Of a stretch of 57,091 nt of DNA, positions 49,232-57,091 are shown piece after piece (position 1 is the stretch's first letter; each line of letters starts with the position of its first letter). The DNA is from a virus (Duplodnaviria; Heunggongvirae; Uroviricota; Caudoviricetes), in IMG/VR virus record IMGVR_UViG_2534681675_000025, positions 1-57,091 of that record. The stretch is one strand, 5' to 3'. The notes under the pieces are model-generated. The model was not told the origin of the DNA. It searched no databases and saw only the letters and a program-made list of their open reading frames with translations. Position numbers and translations under genes: made by a program.

Positions 49232-52020
49232 TTGTTTCCATTGGTCAGGCCACCCCGCAGCAGGTCTGCTTTGCGGCGGGCGCGTTCAGTGGTTTCACTG
49301 ATTCTCTGTGCGTGCTCTGCGTCACGGATGGCGCGCAGCATGTCAGAAAGCACGGTAACGGGTGTCTTCATGGTGTTCTGGTCTTGCTGAAGTGTGGATG
49401 CCAGGCGTGCGGCGGCTTCGGGGTCTGATGCCCCCAGCTGTTCCAGATAACTGGCGACCGGGTTATGGCGGATCTCCGTGCTGCTTACGCCGTGATTACG
49501 GCTCAGGCGCTGCCAGAGCTGCGTGATTCGGTTGTCCGGGCGGGTATCCGGTTTGCGTACAATTTCAAATCCCTGCGGTGCAATGATGCTGCCGTCAACG
49601 TACAGACTGCCGCCCCGTAACAGGTGCTGCATCTGCTGTTCACCGATATGCAGGCCGAGAGATTCAGCAGACTCCCGCCATTCTTTAGCGAGTAATTCGT
49701 GGTTATCAGGCAAAGGCCGCTGCTGTTTGCGGCTCTGTGTCCAGCTCTGCATTTCATCACTGCTGTTTTTTGCCTGTTTGTCACGAAGCGAACGCATCAG
49801 CGCCCGGCGTTCGTGCCGTTTCAGTGAGCGCATCCATTCGTTCACTTCAACGCCGTCAGGGAGCTGCGGCCACGGTGCTGGCCGTTCTTCCGGCTGTTCT
49901 GTCCCGTTGTTGTCCGTTTCCTGTACACGGGGACAGTTATTGCCACGAGTCCAAGGGGCGGCAGGGCCGCCCTGAAGGTCAAAACCATTTTCGCGGGCGC
50001 TGTCTTCCGCTTCCGGTTTACGTCTTACCAGCTTCCAGTTATCCGGATGCGTGCACACACGGGAGGATTCCCCGATGAATGGCGACCAGATCCCGTAAAT
50101 CTGTACACTCTGTTCGCCGTAATCGTTCAGCTCATCTGCGAGGTCGTAGGCTGTGCGAATCAGGTAGTCCTTGCGCGGAACAAGTACGCCACCCTGTTTT
50201 TCAATGTAGGTGGCAAAACATCCGGCATCAGCGGCAGCGAGTACCGCATCCATTGCGTCATCCTTCAGCCGTTGCGGGCCTTCCGGGTTGCGTGCCATCT
50301 GGCTGGCAAGGCGGCGCAGTTCACGCCACACCTGACGGGAGGGGATGCCAAAGAACTGGAACTGGCGGACCCGATGAAGGCGCGCCCAGCCGATGGCGCG
50401 CTCCACGCTCTCGGCCATTGATTTTCCGGTTTCGTGGTCAACGCGTGGTTTGCCCGTTTTCGGGTCGATTCCATCCACGGCGCGGCTGTCCAGGTTTTTT
50501 CCGATGTAGGTGGCGATGTAGCTGGTTGGCGTGCCTTTGGAGCCGTCGACGTACTCCACCTTAAAGCGCGGAGTAATATCATTGCCCAGCTCGTGGCGGT
50601 CTTCCTGAATGGCAATATCGCGGGTGATGGCCACGATGCTGTCGATTTCTTCCGGATGAGCAAAGACCATCATATGCCAGTGCACGGTGCCGTCATGGTG
50701 AGGCTCCACCGTGCGGATGCCATACCAGCGCAGGCCGTCGCGGTTCAGTTTTTTGCGGACCGCCGCAAAAAACGTGTTAACCAGGTAATCGCTGGAGTCG
50801 CGCATGGTGGCCCCGTTCCATTTGGGATTCGGATGACCGTTCTCTGTTGTGGCGTGGTATTTTGACGGGCAGGTGACAGTCAGAAACACCGCTTTGTCGC
50901 CACGGGCTTCGGCCAGAAGTTCCAGTCCCTTCATGGTGGCCATCATTTCTGCCTTACGGTGAACCGGGTTACTTACTCCCGCGTAATACACTGTCTCGAG
51001 ATCAATCGTGAAACCGTCTTCGTTTTCCAGTTCGAAGCTCTTCAGGAAGTCGCGGGTTTTCTCGCGCTGTGCGCGAAACTCGCTTAACGCGTCCTGGCTC
51101 AGATAGGGTGATGTTTTTCTGGAAACCAGACAGGCGGCGCGGAGTTGTTCTTCTCTCCACTCACAACGTAACAGCCACAGTTTGCGTTTCCACCAGTCCG
51201 CACAGGTCAGGCGAAGGATTGCGCCCGGCAGCAGTTCCGTATCCGGTTCGCTCTTGTTCAGGGCTTCGTAATGTGGCGGCATGATGTGCAGGCGTAATGC
51301 GATACGAGCCAGCATCCGGTAAGCCTTCAACATTACATCCATGGTCAGCTCGCCATCTCTGGCACCAAAGCCATCGCAGAGTGTTTCGAAGGTGCTGCTG
51401 AACATCGCCGCGGTCATGGTGGCCAGCGTCTGTATCTGGTGCTTGTTGAGCTGCGGCAGGTAAAGCAAATCGTCCAGGCGTTCGCGCCCGGCAAGGGAGC
51501 GATAACCCGGTGTCAGCCAGCGTCCGTCAGTGCGATCCAGACGTTCGAATATTTTGCGCAGGGTTCCGCGTGCATAGCGTTCCGCCTGCCAGCTCTTTTT
51601 GCCTTTCTGGCGATCGGCTTCCTGTTTTTTGCGCAGGAAAGAGAGGTGGCGGCTCAGTGGTTCACGCAGATAAACAGGTAGTGCCTTTAGTGTGGCAAAG
51701 GCACGGGCTACCGGGTCTTGTTCTGTTGCCCGGCGCTTACTGATGATGCTCTGTGCCAGCTTTTCACGCTGTCCGGCTTCCTCAAGGGATGCCATGAGTT
51801 TTTTACCCATGGCGGATTGTGCGAAAAAGGCTTCTTCCTTCGCTTCCTGTTCTTCCTGTGCCCTTTTGTCCGCCTCAAGGTAGTAACGGATGGCGCGTTG
51901 CAGGTCGGTTTCAGTTTCCTGCCTGCGCTCCGTAAATCTGGCCGGATCAATGGCTGGCCGTGGTTCATTCCAGCTCCATGCAAACTCACTCATGGCTGGT
52001 ATCCCGTCACGCGCTGCCAC
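49168..52020 (-). CDS. A: Replication initiation endonuclease (P2 gene A family), prophage 2
   Basis: 950 aa; conserved TPTSYIATYIGKNLD and HWHMMVF regions shared with prophage 1 A; long C-terminal extension. Confidence 0.9.
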   Translation of the reverse strand: MAARDGIPAMSEFAWSWNEPRPAIDPARFTERRQETETDLQRAIRYYLEADKRAQEEQEAKEEAFFAQSAMGKKLMASLEEAGQREKLAQSIISKRRATEQDPVARAFATLKALPVYLREPLSRHLSFLRKKQEADRQKGKKSWQAERYARGTLRKIFERLDRTDGRWLTPGYRSLAGRERLDDLLYLPQLNKHQIQTLATMTAAMFSSTFETLCDGFGARDGELTMDVMLKAYRMLARIALRLHIMPPHYEALNKSEPDTELLPGAILRLTCADWWKRKLWLLRCEWREEQLRAACLVSRKTSPYLSQDALSEFRAQREKTRDFLKSFELENEDGFTIDLETVYYAGVSNPVHRKAEMMATMKGLELLAEARGDKAVFLTVTCPSKYHATTENGHPNPKWNGATMRDSSDYLVNTFFAAVRKKLNRDGLRWYGIRTVEPHHDGTVHWHMMVFAHPEEIDSIVAITRDIAIQEDRHELGNDITPRFKVEYVDGSKGTPTSYIATYIGKNLDSRAVDGIDPKTGKPRVDHETGKSMAESVERAIGWARLHRVRQFQFFGIPSRQVWRELRRLASQMARNPEGPQRLKDDAMDAVLAAADAGCFATYIEKQGGVLVPRKDYLIRTAYDLADELNDYGEQSVQIYGIWSPFIGESSRVCTHPDNWKLVRRKPEAEDSARENGFDLQGGPAAPWTRGNNCPRVQETDNNGTEQPEERPAPWPQLPDGVEVNEWMRSLKRHERRALMRSLRDKQAKNSSDEMQSWTQSRKQQRPLPDNHELLAKEWRESAESLGLHIGEQQMQHLLRGGSLYVDGSIIAPQGFEIVRKPDTRPDNRITQLWQRLSRNHGVSSTEIRHNPVASYLEQLGASDPEAAARLASTLQQDQNTMKTPVTVLSDMLRAIRDAEHAQRISETTERARRKADLLRGGLTNGNKKQTETGFTNPVNEQKTRRDI

Positions 52021-52379
52021 TCCTGCGAGAAGATGGCGGAAAGGCGGTTAAATTCAGCGGTGTATTCACTCAGCGAGGCACACCCGCCAGCAGTGCGATG
52101 CGCCAGCATTGCCGCAAATACGGAGGCCGGGGAGTCATGATACGCCAGCAGTGATTCGCCGTGTGGTGTCAGGCAGTGCAACGCCAGCCCGTGTGGTGTG
52201 AAATCCACGCGGTAGCAGTCGTCTACTGTGAAATAAAGGGTGTCCGCATTCTCCGGTTTTGTGGTGCGTGCTCTGTTGTCACGACCACGGATGTAGAGAT
52301 CAAATAATCCCTGAAGAATGGGAGCCAGACGGGTGTCCTGTGTGCGCACCCATCTTGTGAAGTCATGAGCGTCAATCAT
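51990..52379 (-). CDS. Hypothetical early protein
   Basis: 129-aa ORF immediately upstream of A. Confidence 0.5.
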   Translation of the reverse strand: MIDAHDFTRWVRTQDTRLAPILQGLFDLYIRGRDNRARTTKPENADTLYFTVDDCYRVDFTPHGLALHCLTPHGESLLAYHDSPASVFAAMLAHRTAGGCASLSEYTAEFNRLSAIFSQEWQRVTGYQP

Positions 52380-52451
52380 GCTGCAATTCTCTTTACTACA
52401 GGTGTGCGAAGGCCTCCCGCCGCAAGGTGCAGGAAAGGCCTGGAACAGGAA

Positions 52452-52682
52452 TTAATGGGGTTTGTTTTGCTGCTGAAAGAGCTGCTGAAGCTCGCGCAGA
52501 TCATCCGCCAGATAGCTGAAAACAGCGGATGAATAGAGGTTTGAAAGTTCGCAGCTACGCTCATGCAGCATATTGATGTGCATGATTTTAGCGACGCGGA
52601 ATGCGCGGGAAAGTCTGCGGTTGATTTCAGTCTGGATGTGACGACGCTCCGCGATAGCGCGGTGCTGTTTGCGGTTTGCCAT
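52452..52682 (-). CDS. Hypothetical early protein
   Basis: 76-aa basic ORF. Confidence 0.45.
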   Translation of the reverse strand: MANRKQHRAIAERRHIQTEINRRLSRAFRVAKIMHINMLHERSCELSNLYSSAVFSYLADDLRELQQLFQQQNKPH

Positions 52683-53007
52683 GGTGTTTGGCCTCTTCGT
52701 TTGTGAGTTTTTGGATACTCACCAACCAGAGTTGAGAATCTCGGGGTGGCGAGACGTACGGGGTTCTCAACACCGGCAAACGAAGAAACCGGCCCGACCG
52801 AAGTCGGCCCCGTACGCCCCACCATAATTCGTGTGCGAAAAAGACGTGGCAATACAGTACGCACAAAAAAACCGCTGGCGCGGTTGTGCGCTTCGTTTGT
52901 CAGCAGGTTGAGAATCCCGGCACCCGTTTTATGAGGTGCAGCAGAAATGTAACCTGACTGATTGCGGCATGGCAAGCGGTTTTTTTGTGTGTGCATGCTC
53001 TGATTTC

Positions 53008-53307
53008 TTACTGGTTCAGAAAAAAATCAAAAACCTTGTCAATGCGTTGCAACAGCTCTTGCTGTATTGCTTCCGGCGTTTCCGGTTCGCCTGGCGCCTC
53101 CAATGTCGCGCAGAAATCAGCGATTTCATGATGGAGCGTCAGGCGAATGGCAGGAGCCGTGGTTCTGGCGTGCTCCAGCTCATCCAGCAATGCCAGCACC
53201 GCAGACGGCGAGAGCATTGCGCGAAATGCCAGTAATTTTTGAGGTGTTGCCATTCGTTGCAGGGCAAATGCCAGTTCGCGTAGCTTCTGGTGGTTGATGG
53301 TGCTCAT
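53008..53307 (-). CDS. Hypothetical early protein
   Basis: 99-aa ORF. Confidence 0.5.
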   Translation of the reverse strand: MSTINHQKLRELAFALQRMATPQKLLAFRAMLSPSAVLALLDELEHARTTAPAIRLTLHHEIADFCATLEAPGEPETPEAIQQELLQRIDKVFDFFLNQ

Positions 53308-53570
53308 GTTCTGGCTTCCTTCAGTAGCTGGTTAAACATGTGAGTCAGTGGATTGCTACACCCGAACGGCATCGGGTTTACGTGGTAAGAAGCCTGGCCT
53401 CCAGTTTTGCGAGCGCGACCACCTGTGCTGCGGTTTGTTCTGATGACTAAGCCGCCGCGCCAAAGTTGGCGTAACTCAGCATTAATGGCTGTGGTTGGAG
53501 TATTCAGTGCTGCTGCGATTTCTCCGCCGCTACAACCCGGATGGGTAGCGATGTAGTCCAGAATGGTCAT
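53304..53570 (-). CDS. Small winged-helix-like DNA-binding protein (hypothetical)
   Basis: 88 aa; MTILDYIATHPGCSGGEIAAAL... resembles a MarR/wHTH N-terminus. Confidence 0.5.
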   Translation of the reverse strand: MTILDYIATHPGCSGGEIAAALNTPTTAINAELRQLWRGGLVIRTNRSTGGRARKTGGQASYHVNPMPFGCSNPLTHMFNQLLKEART

Positions 53571-53770
53571 CTGCGTGGCTCCTGTACCTGTCGGATAAGA
53601 TTCACCCGCGCCACGTTGGTGGCGCAGAAATAAGTGCCGTCAGTGAGGTAGATGTGGTGTGCATCCTTTTCCGAACGATGTTTGTCGATAGTGGTAATCA
53701 GTCGTTCGTCGACCTCGTATTCGCGCCCTCTGGAGGTAAAGCGAACGACGGGAAAATGCTTAATTGCCAT
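53567..53770 (-). CDS. Hypothetical early protein
   Basis: 67-aa ORF overlapping the downstream start. Confidence 0.5.
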   Translation of the reverse strand: MAIKHFPVVRFTSRGREYEVDERLITTIDKHRSEKDAHHIYLTDGTYFCATNVARVNLIRQVQEPRR

Positions 53771-53904
53771 TGCGCCCCCCTTTGTCCAGTAACCCTATGC
53801 GTTAAATACGGTGTGTCGGGCGTCATCAATGAATGCAACTTGAGAGCGCTCTATCAGGCGGAGATTTGTCAGAAGCGCTGATTCCCTTATGGGGTGAGGA
53901 GTGA

Positions 53905-54204
53905 TCAGGTATTTGTCCTGTAATCCGGCAATAATGGTGATCGCTGTAGCTCCGAGCCAATTGTGTAAATAAGGCGTCCGGTGTTAGATAAATCCAGTCC
54001 GGTGACTGGTTGAGTTTTGAAAAGCGTAAGTTCCGCACCCTGTTCTTCGATGATTTTGGCGGCTTCTGCCGTGACTTTTGCGACTATCATTGTGTGGGTC
54101 GCGACGTCTATATGATTATTTGCTACGGCTTTTTTCGCTACTTCGCTTTCCATCTTTGAAATTTCTTTCAGTGCTCTGATGATACCTTCTTCTTTTGCGT
54201 GCAT
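53905..54204 (-). CDS. Hypothetical protein (uncertain)
   Basis: 99-aa ORF; an alternative-frame ORF overlaps it. Confidence 0.35.
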   Translation of the reverse strand: MHAKEEGIIRALKEISKMESEVAKKAVANNHIDVATHTMIVAKVTAEAAKIIEEQGAELTLFKTQPVTGLDLSNTGRLIYTIGSELQRSPLLPDYRTNT

Positions 54205-54297
54205 TTTTGTATCTCCGTTATCTGCGTGTGCGAATACCTCCGTTAATACGGATGGTTTTCACGTTTTCTTATTTAATTTGATGTTTTATTTGTATCG

Positions 54298-54411
54298 TTA
54301 TTCACCAGTGAAAAAACGTTCAATCTTTTTTACTGAATGAATAATTCGCATAATCCCAATGGCGCAGGCCACTGAAATAATCAGAGCAAGCCATGAAATA
54401 AATATACTCAT
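54298..54411 (-). CDS. Candidate small hydrophobic peptide (37 aa)
   Basis: MSIFISWLALIISVACAIGIMRIIHSVKKIERFFTGE; ATGA overlap with the upstream gene stop. Confidence 0.3.
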   Translation of the reverse strand: MSIFISWLALIISVACAIGIMRIIHSVKKIERFFTGE

Positions 54412-54650
54412 GCGATATTCCCCAGCTTATACGGTTCAATATGTTCCCCGCATTCTGCGGCACAGATTAGCTCGGAAAGTTCGTTAAGTGCATCCAGATC
54501 ATCAGCGTAAAAAGCCACGTCATACAGACTCCGGATTGCCCTGGTCAATGAGTCACGGGCTGCACGTTCAGCATGAGCGCCTGATGCACTTAAGCGAAAA
54601 TAAAAACGCTCAAGTGCTTTGTTAATGAGAGTTTTATATTCTTTGCCCAT
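54408..54650 (-). CDS. Hypothetical early protein
   Basis: 80-aa ORF. Confidence 0.5.
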   Translation of the reverse strand: MGKEYKTLINKALERFYFRLSASGAHAERAARDSLTRAIRSLYDVAFYADDLDALNELSELICAAECGEHIEPYKLGNIA

Positions 54651-54661
54651 CGCAACGCCCT

Positions 54662-54940
54662 TTAATCTGCTTTCTGAATTTCAGCTTCTGAATCCATACA
54701 AATAATTTCGATATATGGTTCATCGCCATTAACCTGACGTGCCTTTTCAGCTTCGCTAATGATTTCTCGCACGGTCTGGTACGGAAGCTCCACAGTCAAG
54801 CGCGTACCGTTCAGATAAACGTAAGTAGCTGCGTTTTTTTCGGATGGAACAACTCCGTCAATGGCTGATGCGCGTAATAACAGTTCACCGCGAAAATCAA
54901 TAAAACGGATAAATACACCTTGTGCATGCTCTTTGGTCAT
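54662..54940 (-). CDS. Hypothetical early protein; start taken at MTKEHAQG
   Basis: ORF in the early operon. Confidence 0.45.
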   Translation of the reverse strand: MTKEHAQGVFIRFIDFRGELLLRASAIDGVVPSEKNAATYVYLNGTRLTVELPYQTVREIISEAEKARQVNGDEPYIEIICMDSEAEIQKAD

Positions 54941-54950
54941 AAAGCACCTG

Positions 54951-55292
54951 TTATAAATCAGCCTGTTTAATAAAACTTTGCCCGCGAAGCAGACGATCAA
55001 CCGTGCGTAGTGCTTCGTATAATGTGAAATCCTGCCCGAACTGATTGTCGCCGCAGCTCAATGCAAAAATGCGGTTTCCGGTAAACGGATTGCGTGGACA
55101 TTTGCGGACCACGATTCCAGCTTTCTCAATCAGCCAGGCATGCTCGCCGATTTGTTTTACTGGGTAGCCATCCGGCGTTGCGTGTGTATCACTCAGGCTG
55201 TAGCGGATGTTGCTGCGTGATGCGCTGGTAGCGAAACGGTTAGCGTGGCGTTCAGCACCATTACGAAAGCGTGAATTACGTTGCTGTTTCAT
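54951..55292 (-). CDS. Hypothetical early protein
   Basis: 113-aa ORF downstream of cox-like gene. Confidence 0.5.
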   Translation of the reverse strand: MKQQRNSRFRNGAERHANRFATSASRSNIRYSLSDTHATPDGYPVKQIGEHAWLIEKAGIVVRKCPRNPFTGNRIFALSCGDNQFGQDFTLYEALRTVDRLLRGQSFIKQADL

Positions 55293-55310
55293 ATCAAAAC
55301 TCCCTGCATC

Positions 55311-55637
55311 TCATGCAGCAAAATTAAGAAAGCCTAATCCCAAATCTTCCGCCAGCTTCTTAGCTTTATTAAGCCAGTGGTTGCGCCAATCTTTACGCTC
55401 AGGAGGAAGCTGTTTCGTTGCGTCATAGACCATTTCGAGCCACTCGTTCCATAAGATGAGGAGGCGGCGTGAACTTCCTTCCTCGCCTAAAACTTCACGC
55501 TCAGTAGCCAGAGGGATGAGCCGACGTTCCACCAACTTTCTTACGGCTGATTCGGTCTTGCCCGTGCGGCGGGCAAATTCATCGACGGTGATGGGGTCTG
55601 GGATCTTAAACAATGCCCTCAATAGTTCTTCATTCAT
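55311..55637 (-). CDS. cox: Cox-like excisionase/transcriptional regulator
   Basis: First gene of the early operon, divergent from C; start ATG 55637 after GGGAG; 108 aa. Confidence 0.6.
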   Translation of the reverse strand: MNEELLRALFKIPDPITVDEFARRTGKTESAVRKLVERRLIPLATEREVLGEEGSSRRLLILWNEWLEMVYDATKQLPPERKDWRNHWLNKAKKLAEDLGLGFLNFAA

Positions 55638-55732
55638 GTGATAATCTCCCTGTTTGGGGTATTTCTTGCGACGGATGCCCCAAATCAAACTCATTTGTAT
55701 AAACATTAATACAGACGTTGGAGAATTGCAAC
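55638..55732. promoter_or_regulatory. Divergent early/repressor promoter-operator region (Pe/Pc-like)
   Basis: 95-bp gap between divergent cox and C; inverted repeat tttgggg...ccccaaa. Confidence 0.45.
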
Positions 55733-56035
55733 ATGCGTATGACTATTGGAGAGCGCATAAAAATCATGCGTGAAAGCGAGAGACTTACTAGCCTCCCGGA
55801 TACAGCAAAAATGCTTGGTTTAAACCGTGATGCTCTGTGGAGATATGAAAGCGGTAAAACTATCCCTAATGCTGAAGTAATTGAGCAAATACTAAACAAC
55901 CCCAGATTTGAGAAATATGCGTTGTGGTTTATGACTGGAAAAATTGCGCCTGAATCCGGGCAGATAGCTCCGGCTCTCGCACACTATGGGCAAGAGCCAA
56001 CGGACTTACCCCCATCCGAAAGGAAAATTGGTTAA
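55733..56035 (+). CDS. C: P2 C-type immunity repressor
   Basis: About 100 aa; C-terminal YALWFMTGKIAPESGQIAPALAHYGQ nearly matches P2 C (YTLWFMTNQIAPESGQIAPALAHFGQ) as recalled. Confidence 0.8.
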   Translation: MRMTIGERIKIMRESERLTSLPDTAKMLGLNRDALWRYESGKTIPNAEVIEQILNNPRFEKYALWFMTGKIAPESGQIAPALAHYGQEPTDLPPSERKIG

Positions 56036-56101
56036 CCCTTTATTATTCTTACGTTTTACAAACTGGAAATGTCTTTCCTCGTTTCACCGGAGGGCTTGCC
56101 A

Positions 56102-57091
56102 ATGGCAATTAAAGCGCTCGATGGTGGACGGTATAAAGTGGATGTTAGACCGCGTGGCCGAAGTGGACGTCGGATTCAGCGGATTTTTAAGAAAAAGGCA
56201 GATGCAGTGGCCTTTGAGCGTTATGTTCTCAGCCACATGCACGATAAGGAATGGCTTGAAAAGCCAACAGAGCAACGTCATCTCTCAGATCTGCTTCCGT
56301 TATGGTGGGAATTGGGTGGACGCAATAAGCCATATGCTAACGGCGTTCTAACCAGGTTGAAAAAAATCATCAAAGAAATGAATGATCCAAGGGTTAGCCA
56401 GATTAATGCTCGTTTCATGGCCGCTTATCGAAGCTCCCGTTTATCCTTGGGAGTAAAAGAGTCTACTGTTCGGCGTGATGAGTCGGATCTCGGAGGAATG
56501 TTTACACTCCTGGCAAATGCCGGGGAATTTCACGGAGAAAATCCGCTCCGCGCCCTCCCCTCTTTGAAACGAAAATCACCCGAAATGACGTATCTCACCA
56601 CGGAAGAAATCGCCAAATTACTGGATGCAGTAAGCGGTGATGCCCGGCGGATTACGCTACTTTGTCTCAGTACTGGTGCGAGATGGGGAGAAGCGAAAAA
56701 TCTGCGCGCGGAACACATCATCAATAACCGCGTGACGTTTAACAAAACTAAAAACGGAAAAGTTCGAATTATTCCTGTCTCTGATGAAGTTGTTAGTGAG
56801 ATCAAAACAAAGAAATCCGGCCTTTTGTTTGACGTCAATTATGAGGAATATCGCAAGGTGCTTCGCAGTGTTAAGCCTGACCTACCGAAAGGGCAGGCTG
56901 TACATGTTCTACGCCATACCTTTGCAGCTCACTTTATGATTAATGGAGGAAATATACTTACGCTCCAGCGAATTATGGGGCACGCCACGATCCAGCAAAC
57001 TATGACCTATGCGCACCTCGCTCCTGATTTCCTCCAGGATGCAATTTCACTTAATCCGTTAAAAGGAGGTATCCACATTTCATCCACATAA
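56102..57091 (+). CDS. int: Tyrosine integrase (P2 Int family), prophage 2
   Basis: Begins MAIKALDGGRYKVDVRP (P2 Int recalled as MAIKKLDDGRYEVDIRP); C-terminal HVLRHTFAAHF...GH...MTYAH; stop at window end. Confidence 0.9.
   Translation: MAIKALDGGRYKVDVRPRGRSGRRIQRIFKKKADAVAFERYVLSHMHDKEWLEKPTEQRHLSDLLPLWWELGGRNKPYANGVLTRLKKIIKEMNDPRVSQINARFMAAYRSSRLSLGVKESTVRRDESDLGGMFTLLANAGEFHGENPLRALPSLKRKSPEMTYLTTEEIAKLLDAVSGDARRITLLCLSTGARWGEAKNLRAEHIINNRVTFNKTKNGKVRIIPVSDEVVSEIKTKKSGLLFDVNYEEYRKVLRSVKPDLPKGQAVHVLRHTFAAHFMINGGNILTLQRIMGHATIQQTMTYAHLAPDFLQDAISLNPLKGGIHISST

Larger units (their letters stand above)
31775..57091 (-). mobile_element. Second P2-family (P2-like) prophage left arm in inverted orientation: int/C/cox to tail fibre assembly gene; no sheath/tube/tape-measure/D/ogr module; continues beyond window end
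   Basis: Mirror-image P2 gene order with divergent protein sequences relative to prophage 1. Confidence 0.85.

Noticed and set aside
52936-53235. 99-aa plus-strand ORF
   Set aside because: Antisense to an early-operon gene (53008-53307) that fits the operon architecture.
1-57091. CRISPR arrays, insertion sequences or transposases
   Set aside because: No regularly spaced short direct repeats with unique spacers and no transposase-like ORF or terminal inverted repeats were seen; the only recombinases are the two phage integrases.

Overview
This window is almost entirely prophage DNA, in three blocks. (1) 1-7200: the right-hand tail end of a lambdoid prophage (J host-specificity gene, lom, stf side tail fibre, tfa), with J and stf each broken by single-base frameshifts at short homopolymers. 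(2) 7296-7340: a 45-nt copy of the 3' end of ssrA (tmRNA) on the minus strand, i.e. a prophage attachment-site core. (3) 7341-57091: two different P2-family prophage left arms in mirror-image orientation. Prophage 1 (about 7.4-31.8 kb, left to right) is 186-like: int, CI-type repressor, apl/cox-like, CII, small early genes, TraR/DksA zinc finger, Dam methylase, replication protein A, a LexA-box-controlled DinI-like module, a lipoprotein, a cos-like site, a zinc-ribbon protein, then Q, P, O, N, M, L, X, holin, lysozyme, spanins, R, S, an AT-rich inserted gene, V, W, J, I, H, G. Prophage 2 (about 31.8-57.1 kb, right to left) is P2-like: int, C repressor, cox-like, small early genes, replication protein A, a ParM/ParR-like partition module, a ClpX-type zinc-finger protein, small unknown genes, an inserted gene next to Q, then Q, P, O, N, M, L, X, holin, M15 endolysin, spanins, R, S, V, W, J, I, H, G. 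The two arms meet tail to tail at their tail-fibre assembly genes (31775-31803, 29-bp overlap) and neither has the sheath/tube/tape-measure/D/ogr module, so the junction is either a genuine rearrangement or a chimeric assembly. The best candidates for undescribed accessory or defence functions are the inserted genes at variable prophage positions: the 506-aa AT-rich gene between the att remnant and int (7473-8993), the lipoprotein and zinc-ribbon protein beside cos in prophage 1 (16570-18248), the gene between S and V (26643-27212), the gene next to Q in prophage 2 (44989-45513), and the ParMR/ClpX-zinc-finger cluster (46079-49231). All calls rest on reading the ORF translations and sequence by eye; no database search or computation was run.
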